NCBI GenBank assembly: GCA_965235115.1
Contig: OZ249440.1
Span: 25,110,001 to 25,174,000 of the forward strand
Source: Laetmonice hystrix
Taxonomy: Eukaryota
Length of the DNA stretch: 64,000 nt
Direction: 5' to 3'
Shown: positions 1 to 13,400 of the stretch, one piece after another
How positions within the stretch are numbered: the stretch's first letter is position 1
How the letters are laid out: the number at the start of each line of letters is the position of its first letter
The notes under the pieces: model-generated
The model's input: only the letters and a program-made list of their open reading frames with translations
The model's database searches: none
What the model was told of the DNA's origin: nothing
Made by a program: the position numbers and the translations under genes

Positions 1-2
1 TT

Positions 3-968
3 GTCGTCCTGGGCGGCAGTCAGACTGGTTGTCAGACCACCAGACACGGAGGTCGGAACCTAACGAATTCTGTGGACACAGAACCGGGATCGACACCTGG
101 TGAGGACAATGGAGGCCGAAATGCCCCGAGTGATGATTCAGGTGTCGTAAAACTGGAGGACAGTGGGCCGGCAGGTGTAGGACGGCAGCGGTCAGGTGCC
201 ATCTACTTTGTTCACCTTCTACCTGTCCTGGAGTGGCGCCAGAGTCGGGGGTTGCCAGTTTGGAGTCGGCCGACAGTCGTCGTTCCCGATCTGCAGGTAA
301 AGCACCCAGTGTCCCCACCCGCCCTGTCCCCCCGGCCGCTGTCCCCGCTGACCCGGGACTCTGAGCCCATGGAGCAGGCCGTGCTCCAGTGGGCAAGGCG
401 GGAGACCTCCTCCACGGTGGAGGCCCTGGTTCCCACGTTATCCTGGGTCCTCAGCCGGGGAGGAGGCGGGTGGCCTGCTGGGCAGGAGGAGGGAGCTGGG
501 GCGGGCGGTGACGGCGTAGCTTACCCTGATAGTGATACTGATAGTAACGGCATGAAGTGTTCTCACGTTGTTAAACCTAAGGATTGTGGCACCGTGTCAC
601 AGCCTGAGGTCACGGGACGCTCTGACTGCATGATCTCTGACCATCCTGTCAACTGTCATCCGTCTGTCAGCTTGGATTACCCTGCACGTGTCTGTCAGAC
701 TGACCGAATCCTGTCAGGACATGAAGGGAATGATTCTCAAGTAGAGGACAGTGGAATGACACTAGAGGACAGTGGAATGGCACTAGAGGACAGTGGAATG
801 GCACTAGACACTGACAGCATGAAGTCTACGTTGGACTGCCCCCCTGTCAGCATGGTTCGTGATTCTAACATTATTAATAATTTTTATTCCTTTCATGAGT
901 TTAGCATGTGTTCTTTCGCATTTATTTTCACCACCCAGTTGGGATTCCATTATTACTTGACTGCATGA
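3..968 (+). CDS. Left-truncated low-complexity ORF/exon (open from the window edge); possibly another large variable exon of the TACC locus or a neighbouring gene
   Basis: Frame 3 is open from nt 3 to 968; S/P/G/D-rich like the other large exons; in-frame 21-bp repeat (LEDSGMA x3, 742-806); strong phase-0 donor CAG|GTAAAG at 296/297. No family motif seen. Confidence 0.4.
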   Translation, partial: VVLGGSQTGCQTTRHGGRNLTNSVDTEPGSTPGEDNGGRNAPSDDSGVVKLEDSGPAGVGRQRSGAIYFVHLLPVLEWRQSRGLPVWSRPTVVVPDLQVKHPVSPPALSPRPLSPLTRDSEPMEQAVLQWARRETSSTVEALVPTLSWVLSRGGGGWPAGQEEGAGAGGDGVAYPDSDTDSNGMKCSHVVKPKDCGTVSQPEVTGRSDCMISDHPVNCHPSVSLDYPARVCQTDRILSGHEGNDSQVEDSGMTLEDSGMALEDSGMALDTDSMKSTLDCPPVSMVRDSNIINNFYSFHEFSMCSFAFIFTTQLGFHYYLTA

Positions 969-1132
969 AGATCTATATGTTTTGCGCTCAGGCTGATAAA
1001 CAGACAGCCTTGTCAGTACTGGGTTTCACTTGTACTAGTTGTAGTAACAGTGATATATCAAACAGAACTTCTATAACTTGTACCGGTAATTATAACAATG
1101 TACTTTATGTAGCCTACGTGTATAGCCACCAG

Positions 1133-1302
1133 GCCCCGGTTTCAAGAAAGTGGTTTTAAAAGTTAACTAAGTTGGTTAAAATCATAGTTAACTCTGACTT
1201 TAACCAAAATTGGTTAATTCTCTGTTTCCTGATTAGTTACTTTCTGGTTAAAATTCATCTTAACCAACTTAATTAACGTAACCACTTTCTTGAAACTGGG
1301 GC
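1133..1302. mobile_element. Palindromic MITE, PIF/Harbinger-like
   Basis: Terminal inverted repeats GCCCC(G/A)GTTTCAAGAAAGTGGTT with arms of about 50 bp; flanked by a CAG 3-bp direct repeat (1130-1132 and 1303-1305). Confidence 0.75.
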
Positions 1303-4300
1303 CAGACGTTTGGTGTGTCGGCTCAGCTCGTGCTACGTGATCTAGGCCAATTCTTCTCTTGTTTTATGTAGAGAAACATCCTTGGTTTGATATCAGTGTG
1401 ATATTCTTCCAGCGACCTTACGACTCGTATCATCATGTCAGATACTTTCACGGCGGTTTCATGGCCAGTCGTGTTCAGTGAACAGCGGTCAGGGTCATTG
1501 TGAGAGCACGTGACGGTAAACATGTTTGATCAGCGGCGGGAATTCCTAGATTACACTTCACATGAACATTCCCTTTATTTCCGACTTGAAAACATCCTCA
1601 TTTTGTTTGTATACACTTAGCAGTTTTAGATGAAGCTAGACTTTGCTGTTCCCTGAGCGATCATGGTCGCATTTCTCCCGCGACCCAAAAACATTGGGAA
1701 GATGGGCAGAACTAGGATTTCCGAGATAGGAAGAGGGGAACCATTAGATATCAGTGGCGTCCCAAATGGTCTGATACCAAGGTCGTCAGATATAAGGGGG
1801 TGTATACAAGCCCCCCCCCCCCCAGTTCCCTTCCCCGAGATTCACCCCTGGAACTGGAAGATCTACTGACCAGTATGACGTCAGATTCCGAGTTGTGATG
1901 TCAGATCATGACGTCAGTTGATGACGCACAAAAAGTATTGGGGGTGGGGGGTGGTCCGTGGGGGTCTCTGGAAAAGGGGGGGGGGGGGTCCAACACAGGT
2001 AATTCAGGAAGCTCTATATGGGGAAAAGAGAAAAAGTTAAAGGGCGGGGGGGGGGGGGGGGGGCGTCATGATCCCCCTTGACCCCTCCCGGATCCGCCAC
2101 TGCCCCACACCGGTGGTTTATCATAATGGCAAATATGATTTCTGCATTAGCTACATAAGGACTGCTGAACAGTTGATTGCTCCAGTTTGCTTGTATAATG
2201 TGAGGCACCTGATCAAATTTCTCAGAGGTGATACTTTTTTGACAAGTTTTATTATTACTGATATACCCCCCCCCCCCCCCATCTTCCAAGTAAATAGTTA
2301 AATTCAATACATGTGCTATTAACCTAATTAAATTTAAATTTATCTGCCAGATTTATCTGATAAGCGTTTTCTTTATGTATCAGTGGTATCAAGATTAAAC
2401 TCCTGATATTCTTTACATCAGAACAGATATAGAACATATTTGTCAGGAATAACAACACTTTTTTTTAAGTTTCCCTGGCATCCAGTTCCCAAGGTGTTTT
2501 GTGTAGCCTGTTTTCGATTCATACTCACTCTGTATATATTTTCATAATTCATTGCCAAAATGGATCAGGCCAAACAAGATATCTCCAGGCCATGGTCGTC
2601 CTACCTCCTACATGTCTGAGACCGACAGACCCGAGGGAGAAAGTTGTTTTCGTTTATCACACTAGGTGGAGCTAATGTAGTCTTGCTGATGTTGTTCCAA
2701 GCCCCAACATCATGAAACGGACGTTTTTGAGGTGGCACTCACAGCTTTCCCTTTCAAAGTGGATACAGACAGTACAGTGTGACTGAAACTGAATGTTAAT
2801 TTGTCTATCAACAGAGTTGACTTCAGATAAGCCTGGTTATTGACCCATGTAGTATTTTTATTTTATTCGTATATTCAGTTCAGTGTTTAAAAATAGATTT
2901 TAACACAAAATTTTGTTTACTTACTGGTCAGTTAACTCAAGTACTCAATTTACAAAACCTAAAAACATTTGAATCGCCATAAGGTACTCTTCAGATATAT
3001 CTTAGATCTAGACGTCTAGATTTCCGGTTGAGGAGCCTGATAACTCTAGTTCTATACAAGTGCACGACTTTTGGCTTCTCCGTGAACATAGTTCTTCATC
3101 AGACAGGCCAAGTCTGTTCAAGTTGATGTTCACCAACAATTAATCTTTCTCCACTCGATGCAGCATTCCACATGTTTGGTGCTATTTGTAAGCCTATATA
3201 GCAAACACTAGCATTCCAGGCATGCAGGTAAAAAGCTTTATCATTGCTGGTCAGACTTCCCAGCCGTGTGTTTTGTTGAGTCTAATGGCTGAGTTTATGA
3301 TACCATGTGTTCTGAGAATTCAGTCCATAATCTAGTGGCGGAAACCATCCATATATAAGTTAGTTAACGGGACCACCAGCAAAAAAAAAGCCGGTTGCTC
3401 CATAGATCTTTTTTCCACCTTTCCTTCTATAATGAATCGAGAGAGCTTCTAAACTTATTTACCACGAGACATACATGACGTAGTACATGCAGGCACTCGG
3501 GAGTGGCCCTCGACCAGAAATAACTTGGCTTTCAAAAGTCGCCGGCCTTTTTTTTATTTGTACACGACCTGCCCCCACTCCCAGTGTGAAGCCTGGGAGT
3601 AAAGAGGAACCGGCGGGTGAGGGGGATGCAATGAGGGTGAATCGGCCAGTGTGGAGGATCCAAGTGTGGGTGGGGGCGGGGGGTGTAAGGGGGGTAGGGG
3701 AGACATATGTGGGTATCGGGTGTTAGCTCTAGGGGCAGGCCTCTGTGGCGGCCTTCTCTGATGCCAGTCAGTGAGGGAGTCCTACACAAGCTGCTACCTG
3801 GCCAGCCGCCTCCTGTGTGTAGCGCCCTCCAGTCCCGGCCTGCATGGAGGAGTGGTAGCGGTGCTCATCATTTGGACACATAGGGCTGGAGGTGGCTGGC
3901 ACACTGGAGGTACAGCCGGCGCCTCCTTCGGCCTGCTTGGTATTGCCACACCAACTCAAACTCCTAACTCCAGGCTCAACAAACCTGACGGGGGCAAGGC
4001 TCTGGGCCGGCCGGCTCTGGGCCGGCTGATAATCGTCAACGGTACTTCAACAGTCGAACCCAACATCACAGGTGTAACCCCCTCCCCCTCCCCCGTCCTT
4101 CCCACACCATCACGCTGAGGGCGCTGCAGCCACCACACCGACTGACTGCTGCCAGCGGATAGATTTACGTCGGAGACAAATTCGGCTCTCGCGATCTGTG
4201 GGAACGTTTTTCGAGGCCAGGCCCAGGAGTGCCGGTTGTGGAGGTTGGCAACTGCTTCACCACCGCCGCCGACGATGTGCTTCGTGTCTACAAGGTGGAG

Positions 4301-4338
4301 CGGCGGGGATGTTGACATGGGACTGGGCCAAGCTTTCA

Positions 4339-4412
4339 GCCTACTCCACTGTGTTTGTAACTCAAACTTTCTCCTGCCTACTCCACTGTGTTTGTAACTC
4401 AAACTTTCTCCT
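4339..4412. repeat. Two tandem copies of a 37-bp unit directly upstream of the putative acceptor of the giant exon
   Basis: gcctactccactgtgtttgtaactcaaactttctcct occurs twice, followed by ccgtgtgtag|AGGCC (AG at 4421-4422). Confidence 0.85.
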
Positions 4413-4473
4413 CCGTGTGTAGAGGCCAGGCAAACTGTGATATCAATGTGGAGTTTCATTTGAACATTTCATA

Positions 4474-7400
4474 ATGGGAAACCAGTACGGAAAGGAGGGG
4501 GAAAATGGAGACGCCAGCAAGGAGAGTGGTCAGGTATATAACGACGCTGAAGGGTCAAGTGGTCAAGCCAGTGGTCAGTTGGCGGGAGTGGTCAGTGGGG
4601 TTGGATCTCCGGTTGGAATACCAGTGCGGCCCAGTCGTTTGGCCATATCGCCAGACGTTGACCTTCCTCACGGTGTGAACAATGTGAGGGGAGGCGGGGG
4701 TGTTTATAATAAGGTCAAGGGGTCCGTCTCCCCGGATCACCCGGCCACCTTACATGGCATGTCGGCCCTGGGCCGCTCCCCCGGACACGTGGCCTCCAGC
4801 TCGCCAAGCCTCGCTTCCAGCACCTCCAGCCTCGGTTCAGCATCCCTGCGGAGTAGTGGCAATATTCCCATTCAACCGAGAACCGTGCCAGGCCTGTCAC
4901 GCTCCAATGCCTCCATTCAGATCGTCTCCGCGACCAGTCACGGAGGTACTGTTGGCTTCTCGAAGGATTCACAAACAGGGAAACAAAGACATGAGGATAG
5001 TGGTAAATCAAATAAAAAACTTCCGAATAGTAAATTGTCAGGTGATCTCAAAGGGGAGCCACCTGGTGGTCGTCATTCACAACAAGCTGACAGGGGACAA
5101 ATTGGCAATGCTCTGGTTAGGGGTACTGTGGCCACTGCAACTACAGCAGTCCCGAGGACAGTGAATGTCAGACCTGGGGTGCCACCTGCTGGGCGACAGC
5201 CGCAGCAGGCGGCGGTACAGATGGCCAGAGGGGGCGTGGCCAGTCCCACAGACAACCACCCGTCATACGTCACTGACGGCAGACGACCCAGCACATCCAG
5301 TATCGGCTCAACGTCAACCAGACGGTCAAGTACGGCAAGTATCAGCTCCACCCGCACCACCCCCGGCCTCCACCGGCGCTACCCCCACTCCTCACCCGGC
5401 GGGCGCTCCAAGTCCGGCAGTATATCCTCCGACCATGCTGCCGCCGCCATTGCCGCCATCCTAGGCGATAAGGTGGACTCTAGGACAGGCACAGGGTATC
5501 GCTCAGTCAGCCAGTCACCTATCATCCAAGCCATCCGAAGAACCCCCTCCGAGGACAAAAAGGCCTTTTCAGTTCGAAGGTCAAGTGGTGAGTACGGGTC
5601 TGGGCCCTTCTACACGCCCCCTGGTGGAGAACGAGGCAGCAACACCAGTCTAGCCAGTGCTGGCCAGGGAGAAGCTGATCTAAGGAGTGCAGCTTCCATC
5701 CTGGCAGCCCGCAAAACGTCGCTAGAGCAGCAACGGTCAAACCCCAACCAGGGACATTTCGGAGCAAGAAAACTCTCCCTTGATCAGGCTAAGGCGAGCG
5801 CCATGGCAGCGAAATCTGTCAAATTTAGGAGTCCACAAGAAACACAACAGATTAAACAAAACACAAGGATTGACCCTAAGGTGCCAGGCAAGGAATCAGT
5901 CAAGAAGGAAACAACACAACCAGATAAACCAAGGGGCAAAACGTCAACTCTGCCTTCTTGGGTGAAGCCAGCTGAACAGGACGTCCAACAAACAAAGTAT
6001 ACAGCTAGGCCTAGAATTACGAGGGGATCTCAAGGAGCTTCGCAAGAACACGGCACCATTGGCAACAAAGGTACTTCAGAGAGTGAGATTCTCAAGGGAA
6101 GCCCCAAGAAAGCACCAACTTCTCATGATGCTCAACAGAGTGCTGCAGAATCGAAATCAGGTAATGTCCCAAGTTGGGTGAACCGCGCTGAGGCTCAGGC
6201 ACATGTCAGACTAAGAACATCAAAACCACAGGTTGTTTCAGGACATCCTGGACTGGAACAGGACCAGACAACAGCTGGCTTCAAGGATACTGAGCAACCG
6301 AGTAATGTCAGCAATCAGTCAAAGGTTACAGTTGGACCTCAGTCAAAACTATTCTCCAAAGGTCTGCCTCTGAGGGACACTGTACAGGGGATAAAGGGCA
6401 CAGAGGGTAAACCTGGATTTAAAGTTTCGACAGAACTTCCCAAACGTGGTTCTAAGGATTTATCAGAGAACATTGTAAAACGTGGTTCTAAGGAATTATC
6501 TGAGAACATTGTAAAACGTGGTTCTAAGGATTTATCAGAGAACATTGTAAAACGTGGTTCTAAGGAATTATCAGAGAACATTGTAAAACTTGGTTCTAAG
6601 GAATTATCAGAGAACATTGTAAAGCGTGGTTCTAAGGATTTATCAGCGGGTGTTGTAAAACGTGGTTCTAAGGATTTATCAGATGTCGGTATGAAACGTG
6701 GCTCGAAAGAATTATCAAATGTAGGCATGAATCGTGGCTCAAAAGAAATGACTGACTTTGAGGCATCGTCGCGGGGGAGGGAGAAGGATAAAGAGGATTC
6801 GGCAGAAATGCTGCAGAGAAGATGCCGTGCGCTTTCACCTGATTCGAGCTGGCTGAGGACGGATGAACCTGTAACCTTGCGAACTCACCGTCCTTTAATT
6901 AAACAAACCTGCCACCGTGCATCTCGAGACATCCCAGAACCTGAGAGTAAAACTTTGGAGCAAGGCCAGACGTTCACAATGCCAAGTCGATCGGGTACGA
7001 TTGAGGAGGCTAAGCCTGCAGGGGTTGTAACAGCAGCAAAATCTGCAGAGGTCAAGATATTGAACAGTAAAACGCCTGCAAAACCTGCGGAAGTGAAAGA
7101 AGCAATGCCTGCAAAGCCTGCACAAGAGGAGACGACAGTAGGTCCAAGACCAGCAGTAGCAACGACGCCAACAAGACCTGTAGTAAAGACAAGCGCCACT
7201 CCAGCAGTAATACCTAAAAGGGCAACACCTGCAAAACCTGCACAAGTGAAGCCAGCAATAGTGCCAGCACCAGCGGCAACACCTGCAAGACCTGCACAAG
7301 TGAAGCCAGCAATAGTGCCAGCACCAGCGGCAACATCTGCAAGACCTGCACAAGTGAAGCCAGCACCAACGGCAACACCTTCAAGACCTGCACAAGTGAA

Positions 7401-10400
7401 GCCAGCACCAGCAGCAACACCTTCAAGACCTGCACAAGTGAAGCCAGCACCAGCGGCAACACCTGCACAACTGAAGCCAGCAATAGTGCCAGCACCAGCG
7501 GCAACACCTGTAAAACGTTCACAAGTGAAGCCAGCAGTAGTGCCAGCACCATTGGCAACACCTTTAAAACCTGCACAATTGAAGCCAGCAGTAGTGACAA
7601 CACCTGTAAAACCTTCACAAGTAAAGCCAGCAGTAGTGCCAGAACCAGCGGCAACACCTTTAAAACTTGCACAATTGAAGCCAGCAGTAGTGCCAGCACC
7701 ATCAGGAACACCTTCAAAGCCTCCACAAGTGAAGCCAGCAGTAGTGGCAACACCTGTAAAAACTCCACAAGTGAAGCCAGCAGTAGTGCCAGCACCATTG
7801 GCAACACCTTTAAAACCTGCACAATTGAAGCCAGCAGTAGTGACAACACCTGTAAAACCTGCACAAGTGAAGCCAGCAGTAGTGCCAGCACCGGCAGCAA
7901 CACCTTCAAAGCCTGCACAAGTGAAGCCAGCAGTAGTGCTAGCACCAGCAGCAACACCTTCAAAGCCTGCACAAATGAAGCCAGCAGTAGTGTCAACACC
8001 ATTGGCAACACCTGTAAAACCTGCACAAATGAAGCCAGCAGTCGTCACAGCACCATCGTCAACACCTGCTAAACCTGCACAAGTGAAACCAGCTGTAGCT
8101 CCAACAACAGCAGCAACACCTGCAAAACCTGCACAGGTGAAGACAGGAGTAGTTCAAACACCAGCAGCATCACCACCTGCAAAACCTGCACAGGTGATCA
8201 CAGCAGCAGCTCCAACACCAGCAGAAGTTAAGACAGCAGAAGTTCCAACATCAGTAGCAAGTGCCGCAACGCCTGCTCAGGTGACGCCAACAGTAGGTCT
8301 TCAAACAGGAATACCTGCAAAGCCTGTAAAATTAATGGCATCAGCTTTTGAACCTGCGTCAATACAACAACCTGCAAAAGCGAGGGCCGTTGTAAAGCCT
8401 GCACCTGGGAAGCAACCTGTGAGTAAAGAATCCCTTTCAGAACCTGCTGTCGTTTTAGTAAAGACCCCGGTAGAAGTATCAGCTAAACCTGCACCAGCAA
8501 TATTAAGTTCCTCAGTATCTACAAAGCCTTTACAACAAAAACCTACGGGAGATCCTGCATCAGTATCCACACCTGGTAAGACTACACAAGACTGGTCGGT
8601 ATTAGGACCTGCACAGGGGACAAAACCTGCTCAGATAAAGAATGTTACAAGTTTGGCACAGAATGCAAAGCCTGAGCAAGGTAAGCCAGTTGCAGCACCA
8701 ACAAGACCTGCACAGATAAAGACTATTGTTAGTTCTACATCACAGGCAAAATCTGCCAAAGTAAGAACTACAGTAGCTCCTGCACCAACAACTCCTGGAA
8801 AAGCTACGGCATTGAAGTCTCATAGTCAACCTGCACAAGGCAGACCAGATGTAGGACCTGCATCTGGATATGTAGCACACCTTGCTCAAGTGACTACTAC
8901 ACTTCCAAATCTAAAGCCTGAGCAACAAATAGCAGAAGTGATATCCGTAAAACCTTCACATATAAGAAGGTTTCAATCTCAAGAATCAAGTGAGAATAAA
9001 ACAACAGATAAAACTGAAATCAAGGAAATAATTAAAAATGACGAGAAAGCTTCTGTTGCACAGGTGGTAAAATCTAGATTGGTCAGTGTGGAAGATAAAC
9101 GTCAGGAGACAGTGGGAGTAAAAATAGAAGCAGGGGTTGTTGCCAAAACTACAGCAGCTGACACTAAGCCTCATGAAAAACAGCAAGGAGAAACACCTGA
9201 GGCAGCACCCCAGAAGTCCATGGTCAAAGTTTCAGTAAACACTGAAGCGAAGGTTTCAGAAACGGTGGAGGTGAAAACGGTAGGAACGGTCTCAAATAAA
9301 CCTCAGGTTCCAGCAGATGTCAAATCTACAGCTGAGGTTGATGTGGCAATGTCTCCAGTAACAGCAGAAGTCAGAACTCCAAAAACAGATGTGGCAATGA
9401 CTCCAGTAACAGCAGAAGTCAGAACTCCAAAAACAGATGTGGCAATGACCCCAGTAACAGCAGAAGTCAGAACTCCAAAAACAGATGTGGCAGTGTCTCC
9501 AGTAACAGCAGAAGTCAGAACTCCAAAAACAGATGTGGCAATGACTCCAGTAACAGCAGAAGTCAGAACTCCAAAAACAGATGTGGCAATGACCCCAGTA
9601 ACAGCAGAAGTCATAACTCCAAAAACAGATGTGGCAAAGGCTCAAGTAACAGCAGAAGTCAGAAGTCTAAAAACAGATGTGGCAATGACCCCAGTAACAG
9701 CAGAAGTCATAACTCCAAAAACAGATGTGGCAAAGGCTCAAGTAACAGCAGAAGTCAGAAGTCTAAAAACAGATGTGGCAATGACCCCAGTAACAGCAGA
9801 AGTCAGAAGTCTAAAAACAGATGTGGCAATGACCCCAGTAACAGCAGAAGTCAGAACTCCAAAAACAGATGTGGCAATGGCCCCAGTAAAAGCAGAAGTC
9901 AGAACTCCAAAAACAGATGTGGCAATGACTCCAGTCACAGCAGAAGTCAGAACTCCAAAAACAGATGTGGCAATGACCCCAGTAACAGCAGAAGTCAGAA
10001 CTCCAAAAACAGATGTGGCAATGACTCCAGTAACAGCAGAAGTGGGAACTTCAAAAACAGATGTGGCAATGACTCCAGTAACATCAGAAGTGGGAACTCC
10101 AAAAACAGATGTGGCAATGACCCCAGTAACAGCAGAAGTCATAACTCCAAAAACAGATGTGGCAATGACTCCAGTAACAACAGAAGTCAGAACGGATGTG
10201 ACAAAAGCTTCAGTCAAGGCACCAGCTCCTGTACCAGCTGAGGTTAGAACTCTAGTCACAACTCAGGCAGGTCATCCAGTAACGGTAGAGGGAAAAACAC
10301 AAGTCACAGCAGAAGTCAGTTCTCGAATAACATCTGATGCAAAAACGGCAATAAAATATGAGAGCACACCAGCAACAGCAGGGGTCAAAACTTCACCAAC

Positions 10401-13400
10401 ATCAGAGGTAAAAACATCAGTGACAGTTGAAGCAAAAACTCCAATCGCAGCTGAATTGAAAAAGGTTGAAACAGCTGGCTCCAAACAGGAACCGGAAACT
10501 GCTCCATTGAAAACATCGACGCTTGAAGAGGTCAAAACTCCAATTACGACTGAGGCAAAATCTCCCGCACAACTTGCTGTCATAACTCCAGTACCAAAAC
10601 AAGTTATATCTGTGACATCAGACAACATCCAACATCAAGTAAATACAGAGAAGACTCCGATTATAGCTGAGGTAAAAACTCCTCTAGCAACAGAAGTTAA
10701 AACTCAACTTAAGGTCATAACTCCAGTACCAGAACAAGTTATATCTGTGACATCAGACACCACCCAACATCAAGTAAATACAGAGAAGACTCCGATTATA
10801 GCTGAGGTAAAAGACAAGCAGCTGTCAACAGAGCTGAGTATTCCAGTAGAAAAACAAACGTCGGAGATGATGGCCCATATCAAATCACCAGAGGCTGTGC
10901 AGTTGGAAACGGCAGACCGGGAAAGATTACCTGAAAACATGATGCACATTAAAGAGCAGGAGACTGGGGAAATGTCTGCAGGTACACGAGCTCAAGATAT
11001 GAGAGCGAATTTAGAGGAGCAGACGGTGGGAAGGGCCGATAAAATAGCGGTTGATGGGAGAGAGGCAGGTCGCGTGGTTGGACAGACTGTAGAGGCGGGG
11101 AAGATTGATGAGGCACAGTTACAACATCAGACTCACCCAGGAGAGTCTGAGGAAATCCGCACCGCAGAGGTACAAATTGTTGAAGGAAATAAGGTGAAAT
11201 CGACTGGGAAAGACATGCTGGGACGTATGGAAAATATGCAGGATAGAGAGCGACTAGTGAATGATGCCTGTGAGCAAGGATCCGCAATGCCAGTCGGTAC
11301 TGACAGTTCTATATCAGCAGCAGAAACTGTCAAGATGCCACAGGGAGTGGTACAAAGTGGAGTGGGAGACAAAACACAGGCGGAGTGTCAGGACAAAACA
11401 GGAGGTGTGGAATCGCATGAGAAAATAACGGAGGCGAAATCTGAGGCTCATGTTGCGCTGCCAACCACTTCAACAATGGTTGGGGACGGACTGGGTGTGT
11501 CAGACCCAGTGACTCAAGTAACAACGGTTGTTAAAACACCTGTTGAACAGGTAGTCTCAGGTTCTCCCGTACATGATCGCCAGGAGAGGGTAGACATCGC
11601 AGGGGGTACAAACCCTCCAACCCCAGTGTCACCCAACACCTCCACGGAGGACGCCGCCAAACATGGCTTCCCCAAGAGGTCATCCGTTATCAGGAGGTCG
11701 GTCGTAAAGCTTCGCGAGGTGTCCACAGGGGTGCGCACCTCTCGACGAGCCGTGAAGCGGCGGTCGTGTGATCTGGACGACGATCCAACATCATTTAGCG
11801 ATCCACGTGGATCCCAGGCGCAGGCCCCCGAGGTGCAGGCAGCCTTTACACCCACCACTGTCCAGGTGCAAACAATATTGGGGCGCGGTTTGAGTGTTGT
11901 GTCAGCAGACGTAAAAACAGCCTCTCCTGTTGGCGGTGGCGGTGGTGGTGCTGGTGGTGGTGGTGGTGCCCAGCCAGCCGGAGTACCGGCGGAGCCCGAG
12001 TCAGCGGGAGGACTAGAAAGTACTGGAAAAATGGGTGATGTCAGAGGGGTCGGGTCGGATTCAGCAGGAGCAGGCCCACAGCGGGAAGGGACGACCACAG
12101 TAGTAGAGCCAGCGGTGGTGGCAGCAACAGCAGAGATGGGGCAGGGATTGGCAACGGCTGGCAACGGGCAACTCAACACTGGCAACACTGGTGTAACGTT
12201 ATCTTCTGTGTACAAGACTGCAGGCGGGACTGGACGGACTGGCCAGACACAGGGTGTGGGGATATCAAGTCATACAGTACAGAAACATGGTAATGATACC
12301 CCCCAGAAAAACACCCCCTGCTCCGATAGGGTAGAGGGTGTCTCACCGGGTGGTAGACACGTGAGTCAGCCACTGACTGTCAACTCTACCCGGGGGAGTG
12401 TGTCTCCTGCTGCAGTCGGCCCACGGTTAGTTTTACCGGGAGAGGTAGCAAGTCAACGGCCAGTTACACCTCCAGCGTTGGTCCAGCCTGGCCTGGTGGT
12501 CAGTACACATGTACCTGCAGCGTCCAGCCCTCCAGCTGCAGTTATAGGACCCCCACAGCCAGGAGGGGTCGGGGTAGGGAAGCCAACCCTCAGGGGGGTC
12601 ATACAGGGACCCCCAGTGCCCGTCGTCGTCCTGAAGCCAATCCACCCGGCGCATACACCACAGGAAGCCGGAGGTAAACCTGAGGGAGGTCAAGAGGTCA
12701 ACCAAGACGCCGGCCTCACAACATCAGCCACACCAGTAGGGGATCAACCCAGCACAGTTGTAACCGAACCAGCTCCAGGACAGATGAACCGGTCACTGAT
12801 GGCCTCCATCGTTGGGGGCGGGGCCGCCGCCAGCGCTCCGTATTCACCAGGGTCAGCCGGGGTCAGGCCAGGGGTCGGCCCCATCTGGTCGAAGGCCACC
12901 GTCTCCACCCACACTCCCCATGGACCCCATAACCGGGAGCCGTACCCTGTCACAGCGGGTAAACAGATACAGGGTTCTGTGGATAAACACCTGAGTCAAG
13001 CTCGCGTGATCCACCATCAGATATTACCGGCACCATCCCAGCACCACCAGCCACAGTTACAGCAGGCAGTACCAGAGATCACTCCAGCTACCGCCCCATC
13101 TCAACAGTCACTGAGCCGGATCCACACGACTGTCAGCCCCGGTGGTCAGCGTCCTCCAGTAAGTGACCACTCCGCCATGGGGTCCCTCCAGGGTGTGGCC
13201 AGCCCACCGGTCAGTGATCCGGAGTCTCAGAGCACCACCGTTACTTCAATGGTCAGCAGTGAGGAGGACGCCGTCCAGGTGGTCCAGGTGGCGCCCACAG
13301 TGGTCAGTGGGTCGACGTCGGCTGGGGGTGGGCAGAGACGGCACCGTGTCCGACACATCACAAGGCAGGCGGTGTTCCCGGAGGAACAGTTCACAATGAC

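Noticed and set aside
1752-2102. Possible CAGTGGCG-terminated MITE
   Set aside because: Only the right end is a good TIR; the left end is weak and there is no TSD.
6885-8048. Long antisense ORFs over the giant exon (and similar ones over 41392-42148)
   Set aside because: Expected shadows of repetitive sense-strand coding sequence.
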